From Desulfomonilia bacterium (GTDB lineage Bacteria; Desulfobacterota; Desulfomonilia; UBA1062), in contig JBEKDT010000008.1 in assembly GCA_050014195.1 (NCBI GenBank), forward strand, positions 64,001 through 128,000: a DNA stretch of 64,000 nucleotides, read 5' to 3'. The position numbers and the translations under genes are program-made. Below are positions 48,225-57,695 of this stretch, one piece after another. The notes beneath the pieces are model-generated. The model saw nothing but the letters and a program-made list of their open reading frames with translations. It did not search any database and was not told the origin of the DNA. Within the stretch, counting starts at the first letter, position 1. Each line of letters opens with the position of its first letter.

Positions 48225-48608
48225 ATGGCCAATATCTTCGGCAAAATCATCTCGGAAGTGACGGAGCACATGAACTACCGTACCTATCGCCAGGAGGTCA
48301 TATCCGGCAACATCGCCAATGTGGACACACCCGGCTACAGAGCCAAGGAGGCCCTGTTTGAAAGCGAGCTCGACTCCAAGCTCAAGCTTGCCACAACAAG
48401 CCCGCAACATTTGAAGAAATCGCCCGGGGAAAGTATGTTCAAAACCGTAGACGACCCATTTTCAAGGATCGGGAACGACTCCAACACCGTGGACATCGAC
48501 CGGGAAATGATGAAGCTCAACGAGAACCAGATCCTCTACAGCGCCTCGGCCGAGATCATCCAGACCAAACTCCAAGAGCTGAAAAACACCATAGGAGGCA
48601 TCCAATAA
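48225..48608 (+). CDS. flgB: Flagellar basal-body rod protein FlgB
   Basis: RQEVISGNIANVDTPGY and NTVDIDREM motifs. Confidence 0.95.
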   Translation: MANIFGKIISEVTEHMNYRTYRQEVISGNIANVDTPGYRAKEALFESELDSKLKLATTSPQHLKKSPGESMFKTVDDPFSRIGNDSNTVDIDREMMKLNENQILYSASAEIIQTKLQELKNTIGGIQ

Positions 48609-49012
48609 TGGACCTTTTCACAGCCATGGATATTAGTGCAAGCGGGCTTAGGGCTCAGCGGACCAGGATGAACGTCATCTCAAGCAATATCGCCAATGCC
48701 CACACCACGCATACCGATGAAGGCGGACCCTATAAGCGCAGGGATGTGATCCTGAAAGAGAGCTCCTTCGAAGGCCAGCTTGCAAGCGTCGATGTAGAGG
48801 GGATTAAGGCCGATTCCACCACGGGTGAACATATTTATGACCCGGGCAACCCCGATGCGGACGAGAAAGGTTACGTGACTATGCCCAATGTGAATCTCAT
48901 GGAGGAGATGGTGAATATGATGAATGCCACCAGGGCCTTTGAAGCCAACACCATTGCCGTGAAGGCGCAGAAAGACATGGCCCTGAAGGCACTGCAGATA
49001 GGAGGGAAGTAA
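48608..49012 (+). CDS. flgC: Flagellar basal-body rod protein FlgC
   Basis: SASGLRAQRTRMNVISSNIANA, GGPYKR and PNVN..EEM motifs. Confidence 0.96.
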   Translation: MDLFTAMDISASGLRAQRTRMNVISSNIANAHTTHTDEGGPYKRRDVILKESSFEGQLASVDVEGIKADSTTGEHIYDPGNPDADEKGYVTMPNVNLMEEMVNMMNATRAFEANTIAVKAQKDMALKALQIGGK

Positions 49013-49299
49013 TGCGTATCGACAAGTCTGATTTTACCCTTACAGGGCCCCTTACATCCAATGAGAAACCGAAAGGAAAGGGTCTGGATTTCGTTGATAC
49101 CCTCACCGATGCCATCAATTCAACGAACAGCCTGGTCAAGGAATCCGAGAAAGCGGCCACAGACCTATCTTCGGGCAAATCTCCCAATATTCATGAGGCC
49201 ATGATTGCCATGGAGAAAGCGGACATCTCCCTCCAGCTCCTCGTGAAGATGACCAGCAAGCTCATCGATGGCTACAACACGTTAAGTAGGTTGACATAG
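49012..49299 (+). CDS. fliE: Flagellar hook-basal body protein FliE
   Basis: IHEAMIAMEKA motif; position in the operon. Confidence 0.92.
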   Translation: MRIDKSDFTLTGPLTSNEKPKGKGLDFVDTLTDAINSTNSLVKESEKAATDLSSGKSPNIHEAMIAMEKADISLQLLVKMTSKLIDGYNTLSRLT

Positions 49300-49301
49300 C
49301 C

Positions 49302-50915
49302 ATGATAAACTTACTCAAACAGCTTCCGGCTAAGTTCGGCGCCATGAGTATGGGCCAGAGGTTCGGCCTTCTGGCCGTGGTCGGCCTTGCTGCTGCGGTC
49401 TTGGTAGTGAGCCTCATGTGGGCAACAGCCCCGAAATATCAGTACCTCTTTACCGACCTGAACGAGCAGGATGCCTCGCTGATCGTCCAGAACCTGAAGG
49501 AGAATCGCATCCCCTACCAGCTTACCAAGGGTGGTACCGCAATCATGATCCCGGAGGCCAACGTATACGAGACGCGCTTGTCGCTCGCAGGAAAGGGCCT
49601 GCCCAAGGGCGGTGTTGGAAAAGGGTTTGCGCTGTTCGATGAATCGGACTTCTCCCAGTCCGAGTTCGTACAGAAAATCAATTACCAAAGGGCGTTGCAG
49701 AACGAGCTTGCCAATACCATTATGTCCCTTGAAGCGGTCTCTTTTGCTCGAGTCCACATCGCCATGCCCAAGGAAAGCATCTTCATCGAGGATGAGAAGC
49801 CGGCCAAGGCCTCTATCGTCATCAAGATCAAGCCCGGCATGCAGATGAACCCTTCCCAGGTCCAGGGCATAGTATACCTTGTTGAAAAAAGTGTGCGGGG
49901 ACTGGACCCGGAGAATATCAGCATCGTAGACATCAAGGGAAAAGTCCTTTATGAGGGCAAAAAGAACAATGATTCGGTGGCCCTTGCCAGCGACCGTCTT
50001 GAATTCAAGCGGGCCATTGAAAACCAACTGCAGGAAAGGGCCCAGAGTCTCCTTGAGAAGATTGTAGGACCCCAGGCAGCCGTAGTGAAGGTAAGTGCGG
50101 ACGTGAACATGGACATGGTCAAGAGTGTCCAGGATAATTACGATCCCGAGATCCATGTGGTGCGCTCCGAAGAGGTCAAGAACCAGTATGCAGGCAAGGA
50201 AAAGAATACGCAGGGCGTTGCCGGAACGCCATCCAATCTGCCCACGGGAAAGGGAGGGCCTGAGGCAATCCCGCCGAACGGGGGATCGGGTGGAGAAAGC
50301 ATAGTCAGGAATTACGAGATCGGCAGAAACCAGACGGAACACGTCTTCTCTCCCGGGGATGTCAAACGGCTGACGGTATCTGTTGTAGTTGATGGGACAT
50401 ACAAGTCCGACAAGGGGGGTAACAAGCTGTTTGTCCCACGCCAGGCATCCGAACTCAAAGAGATCGAGAATGCGGTGAAGCAGACGGTCGGGTTCAATGC
50501 AGACCGTGAAGACATCATCTCGGTGTCCTGCATGCCCTTTGCCCAGGAGGACACCGACCTGGCAGCGCTTTCCGAAAAGGAAAAGAAGAAAGAATTCATC
50601 CTTACCCTGCTCAAACCGGCCGTGTTCCTCGTCGTAGTGATCCTTGTCCTGCTCTTCATAATCCGGCCAATGCTCAAATGGCTTAAGTCGGTGAGGGTGG
50701 TGGATCGGGTACATGCGCACGAAAGGGGTATCCCCATGGAGGACCGCGAGCTCCTTGAGGGCGGAGAGGAAGTGCCCCAGCTCGAAGTTGCTCCCAAGAG
50801 CGAGGAGATGAAACGGGCGGTCCATGGAAAGCGCAAGGCCATCGAACAAACGGCACGAAATGATATGAACACCGCCTCAGCGGTAGTGAAGTCCTGGCTT
50901 CAGGAGAATGTATAA
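49302..50915 (+). CDS. fliF: Flagellar M-ring protein FliF
   Basis: Two TM helices; GFALFD, NYQRALQNEL, ARVHIAMP and RLTVSVVVDG motifs. Confidence 0.96.
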   Translation: MINLLKQLPAKFGAMSMGQRFGLLAVVGLAAAVLVVSLMWATAPKYQYLFTDLNEQDASLIVQNLKENRIPYQLTKGGTAIMIPEANVYETRLSLAGKGLPKGGVGKGFALFDESDFSQSEFVQKINYQRALQNELANTIMSLEAVSFARVHIAMPKESIFIEDEKPAKASIVIKIKPGMQMNPSQVQGIVYLVEKSVRGLDPENISIVDIKGKVLYEGKKNNDSVALASDRLEFKRAIENQLQERAQSLLEKIVGPQAAVVKVSADVNMDMVKSVQDNYDPEIHVVRSEEVKNQYAGKEKNTQGVAGTPSNLPTGKGGPEAIPPNGGSGGESIVRNYEIGRNQTEHVFSPGDVKRLTVSVVVDGTYKSDKGGNKLFVPRQASELKEIENAVKQTVGFNADREDIISVSCMPFAQEDTDLAALSEKEKKKEFILTLLKPAVFLVVVILVLLFIIRPMLKWLKSVRVVDRVHAHERGIPMEDRELLEGGEEVPQLEVAPKSEEMKRAVHGKRKAIEQTARNDMNTASAVVKSWLQENV

Positions 50916-51931
50916 TGGGCAAGCTCAAGAAGGTTGACGGCCCCCAGAAGGCCGCTATCTTTCTCATGGCAATGGGTGACGAATTCACCCGGGCCATATT
51001 CAAGGGATTGACCGAACACGAAATGAAACTTCTCGGCAAACGCATGGCAGCCCTCGAAGATGTGACCATCCCGGTCGACACGGTCCAGAATATCATGGAC
51101 GAGTTCTTACAGTTGAGCTCCGAGGTGAGCGGTGTCACTGGCAAAGGCATCGAGTACCTGCGTGATGCCCTCGTCTCGTCATTAGGCGCTGATAAGGCAA
51201 AGCCTATCATGGATTCCATATCCCAGGCCATGGACACCGCTGCGTTCTCATCGCTGAGGGCCGTCGACGCATCGATTCTCGTTGACTATCTTAAGGGAGA
51301 GCATCCCCAGACCATAGCGCTGGTGCTGGCCCACCTGGATTATATGAAGGTCGCCCAGATCATAAAGGAGATGCCTGAGAAGCTCCAGCCGGAGATCGTC
51401 TTTCGTATCGCCAACCTCGGCATGGTGCCTGCAGGCGTCATCGAGGATGTGGATGACGTACTCAAGAAGGAGATCGAGGCCATGGGGAGCGTGGAAAGCA
51501 AGAAGCTCGGAGGCATCGAGACCGTGGCCGAAATCATGAACCAGCTTGACCATAACACCGAGAACAACATCTTCGCTTCATTGGAAGAGATAGATGCCGA
51601 TATGGCCGAAAACATCCGTCAGAAGATGTTTGTCTTCGAAGACCTCATCAACATCGACAACCGCGGCATCCAGACCATCCTCAAGGAGATCACGAACGAA
51701 GATCTGTCCCTGGCTCTCAAGACCTCCAGCGAGACGCTCAAGGCCCATATTCTCAAGAATATGTCTTCACGCGCCTCAGAGATGCTCCTGGAAGACATGG
51801 AGACCATGGGCCCGGTGAAGCTCTCGGATGTGGAGAACGCCCAGCAGAACATCGTACGCGTGGCAAGGAAGCTGGAGGCTGCCGGCAAGATCGTGATCAG
51901 CGGAAAGGGCGGAGAGGATGTCCTCATCTAG
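50915..51931 (+). CDS. fliG: Flagellar motor switch protein FliG
   Basis: KAAIFL, EHPQTIALVL, MFVFEDL and NMSSRA motifs. Confidence 0.97.
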   Translation: MGKLKKVDGPQKAAIFLMAMGDEFTRAIFKGLTEHEMKLLGKRMAALEDVTIPVDTVQNIMDEFLQLSSEVSGVTGKGIEYLRDALVSSLGADKAKPIMDSISQAMDTAAFSSLRAVDASILVDYLKGEHPQTIALVLAHLDYMKVAQIIKEMPEKLQPEIVFRIANLGMVPAGVIEDVDDVLKKEIEAMGSVESKKLGGIETVAEIMNQLDHNTENNIFASLEEIDADMAENIRQKMFVFEDLINIDNRGIQTILKEITNEDLSLALKTSSETLKAHILKNMSSRASEMLLEDMETMGPVKLSDVENAQQNIVRVARKLEAAGKIVISGKGGEDVLI

Positions 51932-52562
51932 AATCATCCGCAACAACGACAAAAAAGATTGTACGGTTACCCCCTATTGTATCAAGGAAATGCAGGACAA
52001 GGGCGGACTCAAGGATGTGCAGATGCAGGCCGACGCTATCCTGAAGAAGGCCGGCGCAGAAAAAGAGGCCATTGAGATGGAGGCCTATCGCAAAGGCCTT
52101 GAACAGGGCCAAGCCCAGGGACAGAAGATGGCGGCCAAGAAGATCGAACCCCTCATCCAGGCGGTTTCAAATGCCATTGAAGAGCTCAAAAAGATGAGGC
52201 AGCTTATCATCGAGAAGCACCAGGACCAGCTTCTTGAGATACTCATACTGATGGCGGAGAAGGTTATCCATCGGGAAATCCACCTCTCTCCGGACATCAT
52301 CTTGGATACTATCAGACAAGCCTGCACTCATCTCACCGAGACCGAAGAGATCCGCATGAGGATCCACCCTTCCGACTTTGAATATATCCGCGACATCGAG
52401 CGGATACTCTCGACACATCTCACAGGCAAGAAAAATGTCCACTTTGTCGAGGACGGAGCCATTGATCGCGGTGGAATCATTATCGACACGGAATTCGGCG
52501 AGATCGACGCGAGTATCCGGTCGCAGATTGATCATATGAGAGAGGTCCTGCTGGAAAAATGA
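51918..52562 (+). CDS. fliH: Flagellar assembly protein FliH
   Basis: AxxxG repeats; GGIIIDTEFGEIDAS. Confidence 0.9.
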   Translation: MSSSRIIRNNDKKDCTVTPYCIKEMQDKGGLKDVQMQADAILKKAGAEKEAIEMEAYRKGLEQGQAQGQKMAAKKIEPLIQAVSNAIEELKKMRQLIIEKHQDQLLEILILMAEKVIHREIHLSPDIILDTIRQACTHLTETEEIRMRIHPSDFEYIRDIERILSTHLTGKKNVHFVEDGAIDRGGIIIDTEFGEIDASIRSQIDHMREVLLEK

Positions 52563-53890
52563 CGGGGCTTAAGAGACATATCCTTGCCTTACGTGAGACT
52601 GATCCCATCCAGGTCAGAGGCAAGGTGACCAACATCGTGGGCCTTGTAGTGGAGGGTCACGGCCCGGGCAGCGCCATGGGCGGGATGTGCGAGATCTACT
52701 CCAAGGCCAGGAAAAACTCCATCATGGCAGAGGTGGTGGGCTTTCGTGACAAACGTGTGCTTTTAATGCCGCTGGGCGACCTGAGCGGGATAGGCCCGGG
52801 CAGCGTAATTATTGCCAGAAAATCGCAACCAGTAGTCAAGGTCGGCAATGACTTGCTCGGCAGGGTCATCGACGGCATGGGTGAGCCGTTGGATAGCAAG
52901 GGCCCACTCGTCCTCGATCATGAGATGCCTTTGTATGGAAACCCTTATAATCCCCTGAGGAAGAGGAGAATCAAGGAGTCGCTCGATCTTGGAATCAAGG
53001 CTATCAACGGCATCCTGACCGTAGGAAAGGGCCAGCGCATGGCCATTATGGCAGGCTCCGGCGTAGGTAAGAGCGTCCTCTTGGGCATGATTGCCCGCCA
53101 CACCAAGGCGGATGTGAACGTGATCGCACTCATCGGTGAAAGGGGAAGAGAAGTAAAGGAGTTCTTGGAAAGGGATTTGGGCGAAGAAGGGCTCAAGCGC
53201 TCCATAGTGGTAACCGCCATCTCGGACCAGCCTTCGCTCATCCGTATCAGGGGGGCTTATCTCGCCACTACCATTGCCGAATTCTTCAGGGACCAGGGCC
53301 TGGACGTTCTCCTTATGATGGACTCCATTACACGCTTCGCCATGTCCATGAGGGAGATCGGCCTGGCCGTCGGCGAGCCGCCCACTACCAAGGGATATAC
53401 CCCTTCCTGCTTCGCCAAGATGCCCAAGCTCTTGGAGCGGGTCGGGAACACCTCGTCCAAAGGGAGTATAACCGGATTATACACGGTGCTCGTCGAGGGT
53501 GATGACCTCACGGAGCCCGTAGCCGATGCCGTCCGCTCCATTGTGGACGGGCACATCGTACTCTCCCGCGATCTTGCAACCAGAGGCCACTACCCCGCCG
53601 TCGATATCCTCCGCAGCGTGAGCAGGGTCATGAGCGACATTGTAGCAGAAAAACACCTGAAGACGGCCCGAACCATCCAGTCCATTGCTGCAGTGTATGA
53701 AGAGGCAAAAGACCTCATCAATATTGGGGCCTATGTTGCAGGGAACAATCCTGAGATCGACAATGCGATCCACCACATCGATACCATCAATAATTTTCTA
53801 AAGCAGGACATCAATGAAAAGGCCACCATCGAACAGGCTGTAACCCAGATGAGTGCCATCGTGGACTCAAGGCATAAAGGGAATGCATAA
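52559..53890 (+). CDS. fliI: Flagellar export ATPase FliI
   Basis: AGSGVGKS, IGERGREV, MDSITRFA and DGHIVLSR motifs. Confidence 0.96.
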   Translation: MTGLKRHILALRETDPIQVRGKVTNIVGLVVEGHGPGSAMGGMCEIYSKARKNSIMAEVVGFRDKRVLLMPLGDLSGIGPGSVIIARKSQPVVKVGNDLLGRVIDGMGEPLDSKGPLVLDHEMPLYGNPYNPLRKRRIKESLDLGIKAINGILTVGKGQRMAIMAGSGVGKSVLLGMIARHTKADVNVIALIGERGREVKEFLERDLGEEGLKRSIVVTAISDQPSLIRIRGAYLATTIAEFFRDQGLDVLLMMDSITRFAMSMREIGLAVGEPPTTKGYTPSCFAKMPKLLERVGNTSSKGSITGLYTVLVEGDDLTEPVADAVRSIVDGHIVLSRDLATRGHYPAVDILRSVSRVMSDIVAEKHLKTARTIQSIAAVYEEAKDLINIGAYVAGNNPEIDNAIHHIDTINNFLKQDINEKATIEQAVTQMSAIVDSRHKGNA

Positions 53891-54331
53891 ATGGCCTTCA
53901 AGTTTAAGTTCGCAACATTGCTGAATGTGAGGAAGATACAGGAGAACATAGCCCTGCAGGCTTTCTCCCAGGCTCAGAGGTACTTAAGTTCGCTTAAGGC
54001 CATGAGGGAGCAGGTCTTAGCCAGAAGAGACATCCTCAGGGTAGAGCTCATGACCAGGATGAAACAGGGCTTAAGTGCCACGGAAGTCAAGATCTACTAT
54101 GACTACATTTCCCATCTGGAGCAAACCATAGAGCGTATTAATGAGAATATTAAGATCGCAGGGCAGCAGGTGGAAGAGAAGAGAAAAGAGCTATTAAAGG
54201 CCAAACGGGCCTCTACGGTCATCACAAGACTCAAGGAGATCCATCAGGCCAGGTTCGATGAGTCCGAGAGGAAGAAAGATATGGTCTTCCTCGATGAAAT
54301 CGCGATCCTTAAGGCTGGAGGTGAGAGATGA
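53891..54331 (+). CDS. fliJ: Flagellar export protein FliJ
   Basis: FKFKFATLL N-terminus, coiled coil and terminal LDE; follows fliI. Confidence 0.88.
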   Translation: MAFKFKFATLLNVRKIQENIALQAFSQAQRYLSSLKAMREQVLARRDILRVELMTRMKQGLSATEVKIYYDYISHLEQTIERINENIKIAGQQVEEKRKELLKAKRASTVITRLKEIHQARFDESERKKDMVFLDEIAILKAGGER

Positions 54332-54900
54332 AGGCAAAGATACTGCTGGGATTGGTGTTCATCAATCTTGTATTTATAGGCATCTACCTGGCGGTAAAAC
54401 CCACGCCGGTACAGGCAGGGAACCCTACAGCGAATAACCAGACGACCGTCAAAACCGAGCAGCAGCAACCGGCCCCTTCTCCCATAAGCCTTTCGCCTAC
54501 GGATCAGCTTGAGATCCTCAGGCAGAAGGAAGAGAGGCTCAAGGCCCGTGAAATGGAGCTCAAGGAGCTTGAGACGGAGGTCGAGGAGAAGATCAAGAAG
54601 CTGGAGACGATTGAATCCTCCATTAAAAATGACCTTGCCTCTTATAAAGTGGAGAGTAACGATCGAATCAAGCAACTCGTCAAGATCTATTCCTCCATGA
54701 AGCCGAATGCTGCAGCGAACCTGATGAATAACATCGATACGGATGTGGCTGTCCAGGTATTTATCGGAATGAAAGGAGACATTGCGGGCAGCATACTGTC
54801 CTACATGGAACCCGTAAAGGCCGCCGGTATCACACAGAGACTGGTTTACTACCGTGGAAGTAATACCACATCGACCGAGACGGCACCTGCCGAGAAATAA
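54328..54900 (+). CDS. MotE/MgtE_N-like flagellar-associated protein
   Basis: N-terminal TM, coiled coil, LVKIYSSMKPNAAA...ILSYMEP repeats. Confidence 0.8.
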   Translation: MKAKILLGLVFINLVFIGIYLAVKPTPVQAGNPTANNQTTVKTEQQQPAPSPISLSPTDQLEILRQKEERLKAREMELKELETEVEEKIKKLETIESSIKNDLASYKVESNDRIKQLVKIYSSMKPNAAANLMNNIDTDVAVQVFIGMKGDIAGSILSYMEPVKAAGITQRLVYYRGSNTTSTETAPAEK

Positions 54901-54996
54901 GCAGAGGATGCAGTGAAACAAACTGTGTACCGGATAAGGAGAAAAGTTGCATGCAGGAGCGGTTTTTCGTCGTGTCCGGAGATGACGAATACTACC

Positions 54997-56730
54997 TTAC
55001 TGTGATGCTCGGGCAACCGAATGGAGTGTCGTCCTGTTTTCCTGGTCACGGAAGAGCTCTTCCCTGATCCTGCGGAATTCATCCTCATTCTTGAGAAATG
55101 CATCCACGATATCAGGGGCGAAGTGGGTGCCACTGCTTTCCACGATAATCTCTTTGGCAGCCTGATGTGAATACGCTTCTTTATAGACTCTCTTGGAGGT
55201 CAAGGCGTCATACACATCCGCCAAAGCCACAATCCGGGCGGACAGAGGGATCTGATCTCCCTTGAGACCTCGAGGATATCCTGTTCCATCCCACTTCTCA
55301 TGGTGGTAATAGGCGATTTCCTTTCCCAAGGTAAGGAAGGACTGTCCTTCGATCTTGGTTTCCACCTCTCTGAGGGCATCACCTCCCAGGGCAGAGTGGC
55401 GTTTGATGATATCGAACTCATCGGGGGTGAGCTTACCCGGCTTCAGGAGAATTGCGTCGGGGACTCCGACCTTCCCGATATCGTGGAGAATGGATGAATT
55501 ATAGATGTCGTCAATGTATTCAGGGGTAATATACCCGGCATAATCAGATCCTTTAGCAAGATCTTCAGCTAATATTTTACTATACTCACGGATCCTCTCA
55601 AGATGCGCCCCGGTGTCTGCATCTCGATACTCGGCGAGTTTTGCAAGCCCAAGGATCGTGGCATTGCGGGCGCTTTGGACCTTTTTATAGGATTCAAACA
55701 GGTCATGTTCGAGCTTCTTCCGGACCGTAATATCCCGGATCACGAGTTGGAAGCCAACGATCTGGTAATCCTTCATGATGCACTTGGCATTGCACTCCAC
55801 CTCATAGACCTTACCCCTCTTGTTGACGATCTTGAACTGGATATCCTTGACCATCTGCTCCACAGGCAGCCTGATGATCATCCGCTCCACAAGGGTCACG
55901 TCCGAAGGATGAACAAGGTTCAAGAATCTGATGTCGGCATTCTCTTCTGGGGCACCTACGATCTCATAATATTTAGGATTGCCCATGAGAATCTTGGAAT
56001 CTCTGTCTACTAAAAGTACAATGTCAATGATGTTCTCATAAAGTTCACGGTATCTGAGTTCGGATTCCTTGAGTTGATTCATCCTCTTTTCAACCTCTGA
56101 TTCGAGGTTGTGGGCATAGAAGGAAAGTTTTTCTGCTAAGGAATCCATTTCCGACTTGAGCTTGACTCCCCGTATACGTGACCGGGTATCCTCAAAGCAT
56201 TTAAGGATCACTATCACGATGAAAAAGGCGAAGAAGAAGCTGTTGCTGAAGAATATATTGGTGTTTTCAGGGGTCGCATGAGATAAAAGCACAATAGGCA
56301 CTGCATAAACGATATAGAGTACTACCCCCATAATGGCTGCCTGCATGGCATCAAGGGGTAGAATGACCGTCACCGCCACCAGTACCATCACCACGCCTAC
56401 ATAATAGAAGGAATCATATCCGCCCATGTGCACGCACATGAGGGTGATGGTCAGCCCCGATACAAGATAGGCTATTATTGATATAGGATAAGCGAATTTC
56501 CTCCCATAATTGGAGAAATAAATCCCAAGAAAAACACTTAAGATAGCTGCACATCCGATTCTATATAAGAAGAACCGGGCGAGGTGCTGGCGTACCACTA
56601 CATAGTCGAGAATGGAAAACAGAGGGATCAGAACTATCCCAATGAGGAGGATGGCAAGCACCCTCTGATAGTACAATTCCCGCGTCTCTTCAAGGAATCG
56701 CCCGTACCATGGTTCTTTTATTGAAGACAT
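54997..56730 (-). CDS. Membrane sensor-PAS-HD-GYP c-di-GMP phosphodiesterase
   Basis: About 6 TM N-terminal domain, coiled coil and PAS, then AEYRD..TGAH, HDIGK, HHEKWDGTGYP and ADVYDAL motifs. Confidence 0.92.
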   Translation of the reverse strand: MSSIKEPWYGRFLEETRELYYQRVLAILLIGIVLIPLFSILDYVVVRQHLARFFLYRIGCAAILSVFLGIYFSNYGRKFAYPISIIAYLVSGLTITLMCVHMGGYDSFYYVGVVMVLVAVTVILPLDAMQAAIMGVVLYIVYAVPIVLLSHATPENTNIFFSNSFFFAFFIVIVILKCFEDTRSRIRGVKLKSEMDSLAEKLSFYAHNLESEVEKRMNQLKESELRYRELYENIIDIVLLVDRDSKILMGNPKYYEIVGAPEENADIRFLNLVHPSDVTLVERMIIRLPVEQMVKDIQFKIVNKRGKVYEVECNAKCIMKDYQIVGFQLVIRDITVRKKLEHDLFESYKKVQSARNATILGLAKLAEYRDADTGAHLERIREYSKILAEDLAKGSDYAGYITPEYIDDIYNSSILHDIGKVGVPDAILLKPGKLTPDEFDIIKRHSALGGDALREVETKIEGQSFLTLGKEIAYYHHEKWDGTGYPRGLKGDQIPLSARIVALADVYDALTSKRVYKEAYSHQAAKEIIVESSGTHFAPDIVDAFLKNEDEFRRIREELFRDQENRTTLHSVARASQ

Positions 56731-56741
56731 ATCATTTCATT

Positions 56742-56768
56742 CTATCGGCAAATGATTGAGAAAATTAA
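56742..56768 (-). promoter_or_regulatory. Putative sigma28 (FliA) promoter of the HD-GYP gene
   Basis: TTAA-N15-GCCGATAG on the minus strand, 11 nt before the ATG. Confidence 0.55.
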
Positions 56769-56792
56769 AATGAAATACCCGTTTATTTCATA

Positions 56793-57695
56793 TTAGAAAA
56801 GCTTAAGCACGTCATCAAAGGGCCTGGGTGAATCAAAATCAGGGTTATAGAGGGAAGGTGCCTCCATATCCTGGGCATAGATAGTCTCAAATCCCAGCGT
56901 GAAGGCCCTCTCAATCACCACCTGGTATTCGTCGGGGGTGATATGACGTTTCATCTCCTCAATATTCCCGATATAATATTGGGGATTATACTGTGACATG
57001 ATGCTCAGCGGTATCTCCAATGAGAGCTCTGCGAGGAACTCGATCACGGAAAACGGATTGGAGAGCATCGACGGCAGAACGAGATGCCGCACAATAAGGC
57101 CGCATATCGCCTTGCCTTCACAGTCGAGCTCGAGGGGACCTGTTGTTTCCCAGATATAGGTTATGGCCTGTCTTGCCATGTCCCAGTAGTCGTCAACCCC
57201 GCTTAAGGTCTTACCTATTGCATTATCCCCGTATTTGAGGTCCATGAGATAGATCTGTGCATTGCCTTTCCAGCGCTCCAGGCATTCTCGCGATTCATAG
57301 CCGCTTGAATTCATGAGGATAGGTATATTCAATCCCAATATGCGGGCTGATTCGATAGCAGCAAGCACAGAAGGTGTATAGTGGGTGGGGCTTACCAGAT
57401 TGATATTGGTGCATCCGGCATCCTCCAATTTAAGCATGGCATCTGCAAGCCTGTCGGGAGTGATGGGCCTACCCTTTAAGAACCGGCTTATCTGTTTGTT
57501 CTGGCAATAGCTGCACCGCAAAGGGCAACCGCAGAAGAATATGGCACCCGAACCTGAGCCCGTCACGAGAGGAGGCTCTTCACCTCTGTGAACGACCACG
57601 GCACCGACAAGAATCTCCTCACCTACCCTGCAGGCGCCTACACCCTTTGAACGGTCTATCCCGCACTGCCTGGGGCAGAGGGTACAATCCCTCAT
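56793..57695 (-). CDS. PflX-like radical SAM protein
   Basis: CTLCPRQC, GEEPP, CPLRCSYC, NINLVSPTHY, RHLVLP and MSQY motifs. Confidence 0.88.
   Translation of the reverse strand: MRDCTLCPRQCGIDRSKGVGACRVGEEILVGAVVVHRGEEPPLVTGSGSGAIFFCGCPLRCSYCQNKQISRFLKGRPITPDRLADAMLKLEDAGCTNINLVSPTHYTPSVLAAIESARILGLNIPILMNSSGYESRECLERWKGNAQIYLMDLKYGDNAIGKTLSGVDDYWDMARQAITYIWETTGPLELDCEGKAICGLIVRHLVLPSMLSNPFSVIEFLAELSLEIPLSIMSQYNPQYYIGNIEEMKRHITPDEYQVVIERAFTLGFETIYAQDMEAPSLYNPDFDSPRPFDDVLKLF

Noticed and set aside
49311-50849. 512-aa antisense ORF over fliF
   Set aside because: Shadow ORF caused by GC-rich codon bias on the opposite strand; no recognisable motifs
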